Assembly (NCBI GenBank): GCA_964016885.1
Contig: CAXHJY010000045.1
Span: 1-64,000 of the forward strand
Direction of reading: 5' to 3'
Source of the DNA: Eledone cirrhosa
Taxonomy: Eukaryota
Length of the DNA: 64,000 bases
A program made the translations under genes and the position numbers. Below the pieces are notes generated by a model. It was not told where the DNA came from, ran no database searches, and saw nothing but the letters and a program-made list of their open reading frames with translations. This document shows positions 26,373-40,135 of the stretch, piece after piece (position 1 is the stretch's first letter; each line of letters starts with the position of its first letter).

Positions 26373-28146
26373 TCATCATCATCATCATTTAATGTCCGGA
26401 TTTCCCTCCTTGCAAGGGTGGGACGGCTCCTATTCAGCACAGCATTTCTCCACTTGTCCCGGTCCTTCATCATCTCCTCTGTGAGTTTCAGCATTCTGCG
26501 GTCTGCTCTCACCACCTCCGCCCATGTTTTTCATGGTCGTCCTCTACTACGTCTTTCTTCTACTGGGATTTCTTGGCACTTCTTTACGTAGTGGTCATCC
26601 TCCATGCGCATCACATGTCTATACCATCTCAGTCTTCTCTCCTGCACACCACAACTTATTCCTCTTATACCCAGTTTCTCTCTCAAATCATCTATGCTTG
26701 GTCGTTCATGCACATTGATATTGCACATCCAACGGGGCATGCTTGCTTCATTTCTCTCCAGCTGTCACATATCCTCTGTAGTTGCTGCCCATGTCTCATT
26801 ACCATGCAGCATATAACTGGCCTGTCGTATGCAGGGAGGAACCCTTCTTTGTCATCAGAGGAAGTAGCTCCTTAAACTTCTTCCAACTCATCCTTATTCT
26901 AGATACTATGGCCTCGGAACACCCCCCTGCCATGCTAATCTGATTACATAGGTACCGGAAGCTATCAACCACTTCTATAGAACCCATCTGCATTTGAAAA
27001 ATGTGTCTATCACTGCGATTACTACTGTTTACTTTCCCTGTACATCTACTGCATACATAGTTTTCCCTACCTGTTAGTTTGCCTGCTATCCCACTACATC
27101 TCTTGTGTACCCAAGATCTGCATTGCGTATAGTTTATAGAATTTATGCCAGTTCCTTTTCTACATATCGAACAAGGCCATTTCCCTGATGGAATCAGAGT
27201 TTTGTCCTCTTTTCTACTTATCAATACTTTTGTCTTAGCTATGTTCACTCTCAGTCCTCTTGATTCCAACTGCTGTTTCATAGCCAGAATTTCTTCTCTA
27301 GATCCTCTACTCATTCTGCTATAAGAAGGAGATCATCAGCATAGAGAAGTTCCCATGGGCATCCAGTCTTAAACTCCTCTGTTATAGCTTGGCGGACTAT
27401 AATGAACAAGAGCGGGCTGAGGACCGAACCCTAATGTACTCCTACTTGTATCTGGAACTCCTCAATAAACTCCATTCCTACTCATTTTACTGACATCACC
27501 TCTGTACATAGCTTGCACTGTCCTCACAAGCCATTCCTCTACACCTAGTTTCCTTAGGGACCATCAGATGATAGATTGGGGTACCCTATCAAAGGCCTTC
27601 TCTAGGTCAACAAAAGCTAAGTATAGTGGCTTATTCTTCTCTAAGAACCTCTCTTGTAGTTGTCTCACTAAGAGAAGGGCATCTGTTGTTCTTTTCCCAG
27701 GCACAAAACCAAACTGCATCTCATCTAATTTGACCCTTTCTCTAATCAGTTGCGCTAATATTCTATCTGCCACTTTCATAACCTGATCCATCAGCTTTAT
27801 GCCTCTATAATTGCTCCTCTCCAGAGCATCCCCTTTACCTTTGTAGCAATTTATGAGAATACTGCTGCACCAGTCTTTGGTTATGACACCACCATATATA
27901 GCTTGATTAATGATGCGTGCAACTAGTTTAGTGCCTACTTCTCCTGATTCCTTCAGGATCTCAGCAACTATCCCCAACAGTCCACCAGCCTTACCATTCT
28001 TCATTTCCTTAATTGCCTCTTGGACACTATATTCGTCAACCTCAAAAGCTGGTCCCTCTGTCGGGTCTACTGGAGGTAATTTCTCTCTCTCCCATTCGTT
28101 CTCCACATTCATCAGTCTCTCATAATGATATTTCCAGGCCTCCTTT
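26373..28146 (-). mobile_element. RTE LINE family B, 5'-truncated, decayed
   Basis: QFGFVPG, FVDLEKAFDRVP, YADD, PHD-like cluster, RRLRWY; very short 3'UTR ccgtcccacccttgcaagagggaaatccggacattaaa(tga)n. Confidence 0.93.
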
Positions 28147-28156
28147 TTTTTTATAG

Positions 28157-28699
28157 AGAATGAGGGGCTCATTCTAGTGACATGGCTTATAAAAGAGGCT
28201 GTTTGCATAATTGCAATCTAATTGAATATTATTATTAATATTAAAAAAACTCAGATTACATTTATTGTATTCAGCCATGTAGAGCGATAACTAGTTTGTT
28301 ATTTGAATATGACAAAGCCGACAATTAATTGCTCATATACATGAAACTGACTCGACTATCTGCTGATATGCAAATCTGGCTGATCAGTGGGTCTGCTAAT
28401 ATGCAGATCTGACTGATCAGCCTGTCTGCTAATATGCAAACTAGGCCAATCAGTCACTGTATATTTCAGAAAATATCATATATTTTCACTAGCTCTGACA
28501 GTTGGCAGGTAAGCAGTAAACGGTACTGATGAAGGGTAATCACCCAGAAACATTAGTTTATGCAGTTCTGTTTGCATGCCAACACAAGAGCTAGAATGAA
28601 GGGCTCATTCTACTGATATGTCTTATAAAAGAGGCTCTTTGCATAATTGCAAACAAATCAAATATTATTATTAATATTCAAAAAACTCAGATTACATTT
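28157..28699 (+). mobile_element. Retrozyme-like / non-autonomous PLE unit: 436-bp monomer plus 107-bp terminal redundancy
   Basis: Direct repeat 28157-28263 / 28593-28699; no ORF; three ~32-bp internal repeats; hammerhead-like motif; followed by (TA)n. Confidence 0.6.
28513..28575 (+). ncRNA. Hammerhead-like motif
   Basis: CTGATGA(28526-32)-a-gggt aatc accc-a-GAAA(28547-50)-catta...; flanks pair as gcagtaaac/gtttatgc or gtaaacggta/ttctgtttgc, neither in a fully canonical register. Confidence 0.5.
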
Positions 28700-28703
28700 T
28701 TTA

Positions 28704-28768
<65 letters not shown>

Positions 28769-28770
<2 letters not shown>

Positions 28771-31700
28771 TCATCATCATCATCATCAACGTTTAACGTC
28801 CGTGTTCCACGCTTGCATGGGTTTGGACGGGGGTAGTCCCACTTGAGGCAAGAGTGATTGTCTTGCTCGCATAGGACTGTCTGGCAGGTTTTCTACAGTT
28901 GGATGCCCTTCCTAACACCAACCACATTTACAGTGTGGGTCTGGGAGGTTTTTACCGTGTTGCCTACACGGCCACATTACAGCGTGGACTGTGTGTTTTT
29001 TTGTCGTGACACCTACACGATCTCATTTGTTTCGGCCTGGATGGCGCGGCACCAACATAACTTTACATAGAACGGGGTGGTGGCGGGACGGGGTGGGGGT
29101 GGTGGCGGGACGGGGTGTATTTTGTTAGAGATGCCTACTGGCAAGGCGGGTCTTCTCTGTTACTGAGTACCGCCAAAGGTCTCGGTCCAGTGACATTGTC
29201 TTGGAGAGGTGTAAGTGTGTGAGGTCGGAGTTTATCAGCTCATCCCAGGTTTTTCTAGGTCTGCCTATTCCGTGGCTACCGTCTATCTTTATTGCCCTGC
29301 ACTTTGTTATACAGCTATCGACTTTCATGCGCATCACGTGTCCATACCAACGCAGCCTTCTCTCGAGTAAACAACATCTGATCCCTCTTATCTCTAATTT
29401 TTTCCTTAGTTCGTTTATGCTTTGCCGTTCACGTATATTACTGTTACACATCCAGCAGAGCATGCAAGCTTCGTTCCTCTCTAGTCTGCGTATATCCTCT
29501 GCACACAATGCCCAGGTCTCACTACCATGCAACATTGCTGTTCGTATGCAGGCATCGTACAACCTGCCTTTCATTTTTAGGGAGAACCCTTTAGCAGCTA
29601 ATAGTGGTATAAGCTCTCTGAACTTTTTCCAACCAGTTCTGACTCTAGCTACAGTACTTTCAGAGCACCCTCCCCCTCTGCTGATTTTATCGCCCAGGTA
29701 ACGGAGTAGGCAGACCCAGAAAAACATGGGACGAGCTGATAAATTCCGACCTCACACGCTTACACCTCTCCAAGACAATGTCACTGGACCGAGACCTTTG
29801 GCGGTACTCAGTAATAGAGAAGACCCGCCTTACCTAAATACAAAGTAAAAACCTACTACAGTCAGTAGGCACCTCTATCAAAACACACCCCCGTCCCACC
29901 ACCTCCACCCCACCCACACCGCCCCTTTCAATGTAAAGTTATGTTGGTCCCACAACATCCAGGCCGAAACAAATGAGATCGTGTAGGTGTCACGACAAAA
30001 AACACACAGTCCACGCTGTAAATGTGGCCGTGTAGGCAACACGGTAAAAACCTCCCAGCCCCACACTGTAAATGTGGTTGGTGTTAGGAAGGGCATCCAG
30101 CTGTAGAAAACCCGCCAGACAGTCCACGCTGTAATGTGGCCGTGTAGGCAACACGGTAAAAACCTCCCAGCCCCACACTGTAAATGTGGTTGGTGTTAGG
30201 AAGGGCATCCAACTGTAGAAAACCCGCCAGACAGTCCTATGCGAGCAAGACAACCACTCTTGCCTCAAGTGGGAAAACCCCCGTCCAAACCCATGCAAGC
30301 GTGGAACACGGACGCTAAACCTGATGATGATGATGATGTAACGGAAGCTGTCCACTATTTCTATAGAACCCTCTGCGCAATTGAAAGAGCTAGTATTTTG
30401 TGGGCACTTGCTGCTACTTATTGCACCAGAACACCGGCCACATGTAAAATCTATGTTCTTAGTTAGCTTACCTGTGATCCCACTACATCTTTTATGCACC
30501 CATACTTTGCATTTAGGACATAAAATGGAGTTTCTACCTACGCCTTTCCTACACACCGAGCACGACCATTTCCCAGAAGGGACCGCCGCCTTGTTTTCTT
30601 TCCTACAAACTAGAACTTTGGTCTTAGCCAGGTTAATTTTAAGTCCTTTTGACTCTAGGCCGTGCTTCCATGTTTGGAATTTCTTCTCTAGCTCGGCCAT
30701 TGATTCCGCTATGAGTGTCAGGTCGTCTGCGTATAGGAGTTCCCATGGGCAGCCTGTCTTGAACTCCTCTGTTATAGCCTGAAGGGCAATAATAAATAGT
30801 AGGGGGCTGAGAACAGAGCCCTGATGGACGCCAACTTTTACGCTAAACTCTTCACTATATTCGTTGTTAATTCTAACCTTGCTGACTGTTTCTTTATACA
30901 TGGCTTGTATAGCCCTCACAAGCCATTCGTCAACGCCTAGTTTTCTAAGAGCCCACCAGATAATGGAGCGGGGACTCTGTCGAAGGTTTTCTCCAGGTCG
31001 ACAAAAGCTAAGTAGAGGGGTTTACCTTTAGCTAGGTACTTCTCCTGTAGTTGTCGTACTATGAAAAGAGCGTCTGTGGTGCTTTTGCCTGACACAAACC
31101 AGAACTGCATTTCATCTAGGTCAATTCTCTCCCTGATTAGTTGCGCTATTACTTTTTCCGTGACCTTCATGACCTGGTCGATTAATTTAATGCCTCTATA
31201 GTTACTCCTATCTAGGGCGTCTCCTTTACCCTTATAACAGTTAACGATGATGCTGCTATGCCAGTCCTTCGGAACAACCCCATTCTGTACGACTTGGTTA
31301 ACTATGCGGGTGACCATGGTGTGTCCCACCATGCCAGATGCCTTCAGCATCTCAGCAACTATTTCCGAAGGCCCAGCCGCCTTACCCGTCTTCATATCCT
31401 TGATTGCCTTACTTATTATACTCCCCTCGACTAACACTGCTGGTCCCTCTATCGGGTCGATATGGGGGAGACTGTCTTTCTCCCATTTATTCTCCTCATT
31501 TAGTAGCCTTTCATAGTGACACTTCCAAGCTACCTTCTTATCAGTGTCGGTGATGGCAAGTATGCCATCATCGTTAAGTACACACTTCTCCCCGACAATA
31601 TCACGGTTTTCCTTGACGCATTGCCTAGCAATCCTGAACACCTCACGTTTTTGGTCATCGCGTTGTAGAACATGCTTGAACTTTCTTTCCTCAGCTTCCC

Positions 31701-32608
31701 TTCTTGCTAAGTACACTTCTCTCCTAGCTTCCCTCCTGGCCACTTGATAGTCTACTCTACTTCCCCCATCCCGCCATACTTTCCAAGCCTGCTTTTTGGC
31801 CTTAATTGACCCCTCCACCCTACTGTTCCACCACCATGTTACTCTCCTCCTGCCTACAGGCCTGCTCCAGACACAGACTTCGCCTGTCGCCAACAGCAGG
31901 TTTGCTTTCAGAAATTCCCACTGTCCCTCTATATTGTCCGATTCTAGATGCTCTTCCTTACTGTCGAAAGCATCAAGTAATATGCTTTGAAATTTATTTC
32001 TGGCTGTGGGGTCCTTTAGTTTCCATATTTTCCTCCTGAGGATAGTCCTCTTCTGCTGTCGAGTACGTCTCATCCTGACTATGAGGTCGCTAATTATCAG
32101 TCTATGTTGGGAGGTGCATTCTTCATGGGGGAGGGATTTAGTGTTTACAACAGACACTCTGTCACGTCTTCTGGTAAGGATATAATCTACCTGGCTTGTG
32201 TGTTCCCCGGATCTATAGGTGATCAGGTGATTGTCACGTTTTTTGAAGTTAGTGTTACAGACAGTTAGGTTATTTGCATCACAGAATTCCAGGATTCTGG
32301 AGCCTTCCTCATTTCTAGTACCAAACCCATAGCCTCCATGGATTTCGTCGTAGCCGTCACAATGTTGTCCAACGTGACCATTTAGGCCGCCTGCAATAAT
32401 TATATAGTCACTGTCAGATATTTGGGAGGTAGTTATCAACAGTGTCTCATAGAATCTGTCTTTTATAGTGCCGGGCAGTCCGGATTGGGGTGCGTACGCA
32501 GATATTACTGTCACCGTAGTTCTATTGAGGACAAGTCGTATTTTAATTATTCTGTCGTTCACTCTATTTACGTCTATTATCTTATCTGCCCACTTTTCTG
32601 CTACCATG
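28769..32608 (-). mobile_element. RTE LINE family A, longest copy (partial APE endonuclease + RT + PHD-like finger), interrupted by a nested insertion
   Basis: ISAYAPQ, GLNGHVG, SQVDYIL, SQHRL (APE); RT motifs; ORFs 30937-32607, 29990-30919 and 29125-29727; 3'UTR and (GAT)n at 28769. Confidence 0.95.
29706..30337 (+). mobile_element. RTE family A 3' fragment inserted antisense into another family A copy
   Basis: 8-bp target-site duplication GTAACGGA at 29698-29705 and 30338-30345; internal ~115-bp tandem duplication in the 3'UTR. Confidence 0.9.
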
Positions 32609-33851
32609 ATATATATATATATATTCAGAGAGATAGAGAGACGAACATTCTCTGATTTTCACTTCTGGGTGTAAAACTTGTATCCTCTAATTTTGCTGTA
32701 TTCAGTCTTGATTTTGCTTTTACTTTCTCTTTGAATTATATATTGAAACAATAGAATGGAAATAAATAAGAAGAATATATTTTTAATGCATCAATAATGT
32801 AATGAGTATCTGCTGTTTAGTATTTTTCTGTGTAAGGAAAATGGGAAATTCTCTAGAGAACTGCAAGAAATTTCTACAAGTTACAATTAAGATTGGTTAA
32901 TTGCTGTAAAAGAGCTAATTAGTTACTATTCTTAATTGGTATGATTTGGTTTCTATTTATTTTTTTTTATTTATTAATATGAGTAAAATATCTTGTATTT
33001 TGTTTTGATTTCACATTTAGCAGGTACTCAAGTGCATTTGTAATATCTTAATGAATGAAGTCTCGGATTAATTTTAGATAATGTTGAAGCTTCTTTTATG
33101 ATTTATCATTCCTCCCTATTTTTTTTTAAGTTGATGAACTGGCATGTTAGACAAGGTCTGATTAATAAGCTTGCATTGGACCCATCAACATCGTCATCAT
33201 TTAATATACATTTTCCTTGCTAGCAAGAGTCAGACAAGTCATAACAGACCATGTCAGTATATAAGCAGAGCTACTAAATTTTCAAATGAGCTGGAGAGCC
33301 CACATCATGCTTACATACATTCCCACATTCTGCTGAGTGCATAAAAATGTGTGGAACTGTTTTAATAGTTGTTGATCTCCTGCAGAGATCAACTTTAGCC
33401 TTTCATACTTTTGGACTCAATATCATAAACTACATATTCAGGGGACAGTGGATTACTGGAATTGTTAGTGCTGGTTGTATTTGATCTATTCTTGAGAGGT
33501 AGATGTAATATGTTGCCTTGTTTAACAGCACCACCTGGTGCTTAGGTGCCTCCAGCAGAGTATATTTTGGAGAAAATATTGTGGCCATGTTAAACAATTT
33601 CCTCTCTTCTTCCTACCATTCTCACAGGCCACCCCACCTATTCTAACAGGCCCTCCTCCTCTTCTTGAATAAATGGTAAAGAAAATAGTTATGCATCATG
33701 TTTGATGACATAAAAGACCTTTTTTTTTTCATCCAAAATTGTTAAAACAAAACTACCACACATGTTCGATGTGGTATCTGGTAGGTTAATATTTTTTTCC
33801 ATAATCTCTGCTGAAATATATCTCGGGTTCTATATATCATAAAAAATTCTT

Positions 33852-34145
33852 CTAGTGAAAGGTAAACTATGCTAGTGAAGGACAAATCATATTGGTGAAG
33901 AGAAAATTATGCTACTGATAGGTAATTTATATTAATGAAGAACAAACCATACTAATGAAGGACAAACTATATTAGTGAAGGACAAGTAATTTTTGTGAAA
34001 AGCAAATTTCCTAAAATAGGATATATCATGTTAGTAAAGACCAAATTATACTAGATCAAATCATGTTGGTGAAAGGCAATTCAAACAAGTAAAGGACAAA
34101 TCATATTAGAGGAGGGAAAAGCATGTAAGTGAATGATAAATCATA
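33852..34145. repeat. Degenerate 20-bp minisatellite (consensus approx. ctagtgaaggacaaatcata)
   Basis: Successive 20-bp units ctagtgaaaggtaaactatg / ctagtgaaggacaaatcata / ttggtgaagagaaaattatg and onward. Confidence 0.75.
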
Positions 34146-34529
34146 GTAAACTGCAAATGGTAAGCTCCATGTAGCTTACATATTCTGCATAGAATATATT
34201 ACAAACCTAAATGCCTTCTAATAATATAAAATAGAGAGATGAAGAAATTTGATGAACATAATAGAACAGACTTTTGATGTGCAGGCAATAATGCTACACA
34301 CAAACTGCTCATTTACCACTGAATATATAGAATCCAGAATAACACTTTAGACTAGATTATTAACCCAAACAATACACTTAACAGTACCATGAATTCTCAT
34401 CTCAAATATATAATACTGACAGAAAGAGACAGGATTTGAACTGAAAATTCAGTGAATTGAAACAAATAACATGGCAATTAATCTGATGCCCTAACAGCTC
34501 CTTGCTACAGCCATGTATCTTTCCTTGTT

Positions 34530-35560
34530 GACCTCAACACTTGTATCAGAGTAGCAGCTGAGGAGATATACAATGTCAGGTTTGGTGACCTTACCTATTA
34601 GAAACAGTGGCCTTGGTTGCTGGCTTTGCTGGCGTTCCTTTCATCAGTAACCTCTTCCCGTGTCCTCATCAACAATGTTCTCTGCGACACAGTGTAATCC
34701 ACTGTGATTGAGGAATGTGAGGCCACCTGTGAGACTTGGAACCAGCTTGGACTCCACCCAGTAGACATCCCCCTTCCTCTTGTAGATGTCAAATCTCCCC
34801 AGAGCATATGGGATGCCATCCAGTGTGACATAGCCTAAGACAGGCTAGTACCAGCTCAATCAGCAGTACCTTGCATGTTTTGCTTGGCCTTACAAGCGCA
34901 TAGTGGTGCCTGGCTCAATACCTTACCCTCTTTTCTGACTGGCATGCAACTGGATAATGATAGCCTGGGAACTGGGGTTTCCTTGTGGTTTGACCTCTGG
35001 ATCTGGGAGCCAAACATATGTTACTCCAGATCCACTGTAGACTCTTTCAGCCTCCACCCGCTGTCCTGTTGCTACAGTGCTGGCTGCCTTCCATGCCTTG
35101 CTGCTCTCAATGAGATCATAAAACATAGCTTGGATACTGCAGGCTTCACCTCTCAGCTCGAGCCAGTGGGGCTAGACCGAGGGGATGGCAAAAGGCCAGA
35201 CAGTATGACTATCTTCCTGTTCTGTGGTGATAAACCTCTCATTTATGATGTCACATGCAGTGACACATTCTCTCGCAGCAACCTGGTGAAGTCAGTGTCT
35301 AACCCAGGCTCTGCTGCATTTTGGCCCGAGGAAGGTAACTTCTTCAAATATCGGTCGCTCTCTGACATGTTTGCAGTCGAGCCCATAGCAGTGGAGACTT
35401 CTAGGGCCACCTCCCTAGGGCCACCATCGGCAAGGTGTTGGCTACCCTCAGGTGTGAACCTCATGAGCTGGAATGGCTCTTCCAGCACATCTCTCTCACT
35501 ATCCTTTAGGTAAACACCTTCTGCATTCTGTCTGCCAGAGACAGGAGGCGGCCAGATCAT
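34530..35560 (+). mobile_element. Decayed C-terminal fragment of an RLE-type non-LTR retrotransposon (CRE-like)
   Basis: ORF 34875-35513: HSGAWLN.LP, decayed CCHC knuckle (H.LSC), LNEIIK, LEPVGLDRGDGKRPD, YDVTCSDT, KY..L, PIAVET: a restriction-like endonuclease signature. Confidence 0.75.
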
Positions 35561-35767
35561 GGGACCCCATTTGCTTATAATAGTGAGAAATAGGGAGAGG
35601 GGGAGAGACAGAAGCAGTGACATGGGTGTTTGGCTTCTTTCTATTTAGACCTGGTGTATATGTATATATTTATTTACCGCACCACATATTTCATACATAT
35701 ACAGATCTTAACCTGAATACTAATAAGAACTGGCAAATTTGCATTTTAATAAGTTTTGCCAATTTGC

Positions 35768-35825
<58 letters not shown>

Positions 35826-36346
35826 CGCGTGCATGTGATGATGATGTTGAGGAGGAAGGTTATATATGTATAAATATCTTGACAAATTGTGCACCAACTA
35901 AACAATCACAGAATGGTGTAGTATATAGTATGCTTCCGGACCATACTAGTAGTTGAGTTTAAAGCATAGAATGTCCACTGTGAAAGATTATATGTTATTG
36001 ACTTCTAAACATTTGATTGGTTAGCTGTCTGTGTGTCACAGCTCTGCTCAAGCAGAGTGATGATCATGGCTAATCAGCAACAACAAAAACAACAACAGCA
36101 AAAACAAAACAGTGGCAACAACAAGAACAGACGACTGCCACTTAAGCATATGACATTTATGTTATAGAACAATGTTCGAAGTTTACCATGTTATAATAAG
36201 GTTCAACACACACATCTTTTTTTTTTTACCAGAAGCAAATGTACACCACTGACAATATCATATATTATGCAATATTCATTAATATCACCCAATGTATATA
36301 TATACATTGTATATATACAGTGTATTTTTGTGTTCAGTAGTATGTA

Positions 36347-36391
<45 letters not shown>

Positions 36392-36795
36392 CTGTGTGTA
36401 TGTGTTTATATATTTGTATATGTATGGAAACAAATATATAAGTATGTATGTATGTATGTATATGTCATCTCAGTTAATATACATCAATGTCTATTCATCT
36501 GCCAGCCAGTGTGTATAAACATGCATGCCAGTGGAGTGGAAGTGTGTAGAATAGGCCGAAGATATCACACCCCCATCATATTCATTAATATTACTGTTCT
36601 ATATTAGGGCCTTAAGCCACGGCATTAAGCATCAAATCCAAGGAATCAGGATTATGACAGCCGTGAAATAGCTGTGAATTAATAAAGAGATATTACTTCA
36701 GTTGTTCTGGCTTTACTGTTTATTAAACAGCTTCTGATCAATGGCACTGGTGATGGTGATGATGGTAGATATATGCATGTGTTTTATTATACATT

Positions 36796-36878
<83 letters not shown>

Positions 36879-37658
36879 TCACACATGGTTGAGGTGTGTG
36901 TGTAAGTGAGTGTATATGTATATGATGTGAGAGGGTTTCTTTGTGTATTTGTGATCTGTGTGGGAAAATGTGTGTGTATGTTATGTATATGAAGTATGTT
37001 ATATATATATATATGTTGTATGTATATGTGTAAATCTATGTATATGTGGAGGACTGTGTGTGTCTGAGAAACAGCTTTAGCAAGCTTGTGTATGTCTCTT
37101 ATGTACATGTGTTATGTGTGTGTATGTGTGTGTTTATAGTGTGTTTGTAGGAGAGTATGTGTATATCCATGGAACTTGTGTCTGTATGTGCTCTGTGTGT
37201 ATGGATCTTAGTATGAGAAGTTTATTAATACATGTATATATGCATAAATGCATGAATAATGCATGCATATGTGATATTAAAATATCTGTATGTGTGTGTG
37301 CCTGTGTGGGTGTTTGAGGGATTTTGTTAATGTTTGTATGTGGTGTGCTTTACATGTGTTATATCCATGTGCGTCTGTATGTGTTTGTGTGCCTATGCAT
37401 GTGACATGTTTTGTTAATGTCTGTGTGTGGTGTGTCTGAAAATTTGAGTGTGAATGATGTAATGTGTGGCATGGGTGCACATATGTGTCTCTGTGTGTGT
37501 GTGGGAGTTTCAGTATGTGTGTGTGCCCAAATATGTGTGAGTGATTTTGTTAATGTGTATGTATGCGTTGGGGAATATGTAATGTGGTGAAACCAACATG
37601 TATGTTTGTATGTTCCAATTTATTGAAATACAAGTTGGGTTTATATTTGGCATCAAAC

Positions 37659-37734
<76 letters not shown>

Positions 37735-38634
37735 AGAAAGAAAGAAAAAAAGACAATAAGAGACAGGAGTGAAAGAGTAGATAAAAGAAACTAGAGAGAG
37801 AGAGAGAGATATTTAAAAGTGAAGGTTGTCTGAATATGAGGTGACAGATGTGCATATATGCCTTATGCAAAGAAAGTGTTATAGGGAGAGGTCATATGTT
37901 ATATAGTAGGATATCTGTGTGTATATGTGCATACGAAGATGATGATGATGATAAGTGTTTGTGTGAGGGAATATATGTGTGTGCGATAAATGTGCAAGAA
38001 TGTGTGAGTATATGGTTGTATATATATGTGAGTGATAAATGTATGAATATATATGTGAATATGCATGTGTATGGAAAAATCTCTGAGTATATGTATGTGT
38101 ATGTGGAATAATATTCACATATATTAGCTATAGTTATATAATATTTATGCAAACTGCATCTCTGTCTTTAGTCCACACACATATTTATGGATGCACACAT
38201 AACTAAATTAATCTATATATCACCATCATTATCATTTTATGTCAATTTCCCATGCTGGCATGGGTTGGACAGTTTATCACAGACTGAGACAAGGCAGGTC
38301 AAATAACCACATCATGCTCAAATGTTCAATATTTTGGCATGGTTTCTATAGCTGGATACTTTCCTAATGCCAAACACTTTAATGTGTGTACTGTGTTTAT
38401 TTTCTCATGACATTAGCACTACCCCTTTACAGAGTGTACTGGGTGCATTTTATCATTACACTAGCATAAATACTTTACAGTTTGTACTGAGTTCATTTTA
38501 TTGTGAAACTAGCACTACCACTTTACAGAGAGTACTGGATGTATTTTATCATGACACATCTTATAGAGAGGCTGGTACGTGCTTGACTAGATTGGAGAGT
38601 TCCCTTTACACAATAATGCCTAGATGAACCTTAT

Positions 38635-39251
38635 CCCTTTAGAATTTATGAAGGCACATGGCTTAGTGGTTAGAGCATTGGGCTTGCAATCAAAAGGTTG
38701 TGAGTTGAATTCTCGGACTGGGTGATGTGTAGTTTCCGTGAGCAAGACACTTTATTTCACATTGCTCCAGTTTACTCAGCTGTAGAAATGAGATGATAGG
38801 ACTTGGGTCCCTATCATTCCACTGCAAAGTGGTCGTGGAGGTGCCACAGCAAAAAAGTACCCAGCCCACACTGTAAAGTGGACGTGTAGGTGCCACGGAA
38901 AAAAAGCACCCGGCCCTCACTGTAAATGAGGTTGGTGTTAGGAAGGGCATCCAGCTGTAGAAATCAAGCCAGAATCAGTTCCTGTATGAACAAGACAAGG
39001 TCAGTCGACCAGACACTGCCCACAACAGGACAACCCGTCTAACCTATACTAGCGCGGAAGAACGGATGTAAAACGGTGATGATGATGATGATTATTCTAT
39101 ATAAACTACTATATTTTTGCATTAAAGGCTTTAATATTGTTTTGATATTGTTTATTTTGAGAACAATACCTTAATGTCAGTATGAGGGATTGATTGGGGC
39201 CAGTTTAAACAGAAAGAGATGAGAGAATTCTGCTAGGATACAGCTAAAGGG
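38635..39251. mobile_element. piggyBac-like MITE interrupted by a SINE, flanked by TTAT
   Basis: TTAT-ccctttagaattta [SINE] attattctata...gctaaaggg-TTAT; body homologous to 16429-16648. Confidence 0.7.
38650..39090 (+). mobile_element. tRNA/CORE-type SINE, long-tail variant
   Basis: Same head and core as 13302; longer 3' part ending aacggatgtaaaacggt(gat)n. Confidence 0.88.
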
Positions 39252-40135
39252 TTATCATGGCCCCAGCAGTAGAGAGATTGCTAAGTCCTCTACAAAACTA
39301 ACAGGCTCTCTCTACCATTTACTCAGTATGCTCATCACTCAATTTACATCCTCCAGAGCAATGTCTTCTCCAGCCTCTCCACCAAGACCACAAGGCAAAC
39401 TGACACTTAAATTTCCTTTACGGTGGTGGTATGTGGAATAAATTTTATGAGCTGAATGTGTACAAAAGTTTGCTTAGCAATCATTAGCCCCCAGGTTCAA
39501 TCCCATTGTGAACAAGTAGTCCCAGATTTAATCCCACCGAGGACAAAGTTGGATAAATGTTATCCACCATTGTTTTATTTGACTATTTTTTTAAATTTAT
39601 TTTCGTTCCTATAGCTTAAGGTGTTTTCATAGACACCCAATTTAATATTTCCTTTTTTTTGTTTTTGTAGGCCCACAAAATTCTTATTTACAGAAGATAC
39701 TAAGTGCATTTGATATTTGCTTTCATTATGCATGGCATGTCCTTATGAGAATAAATGTTTCTCTTGTGCACTATATCTGATTCTTTTTACACTCACCTTT
39801 TCTCTCAGCTCAATTATACTCCATCATTCATACACTCTAACATTACATATCCAACAGAGCAGTTGTCCCTTTCCAGTCATAACAACTATACACACACAGA
39901 CAGACAGACACACACACACGCACGCATGTATGTGCGTGTGTATACACACATATATATATATAAATGATGCAATACAGATTCTTTGTTCTCTTTTAATATT
40001 ATCATTAATACTCTGCTCCCCAAGAACATTAAGTGCTCATCTTGGCATACACCTGCAGATGCAATTCATTTGCACCTCTGCTACCTGTATATATATATAT
40101 ATCGTATACATATATCTATATATATATATATACAC

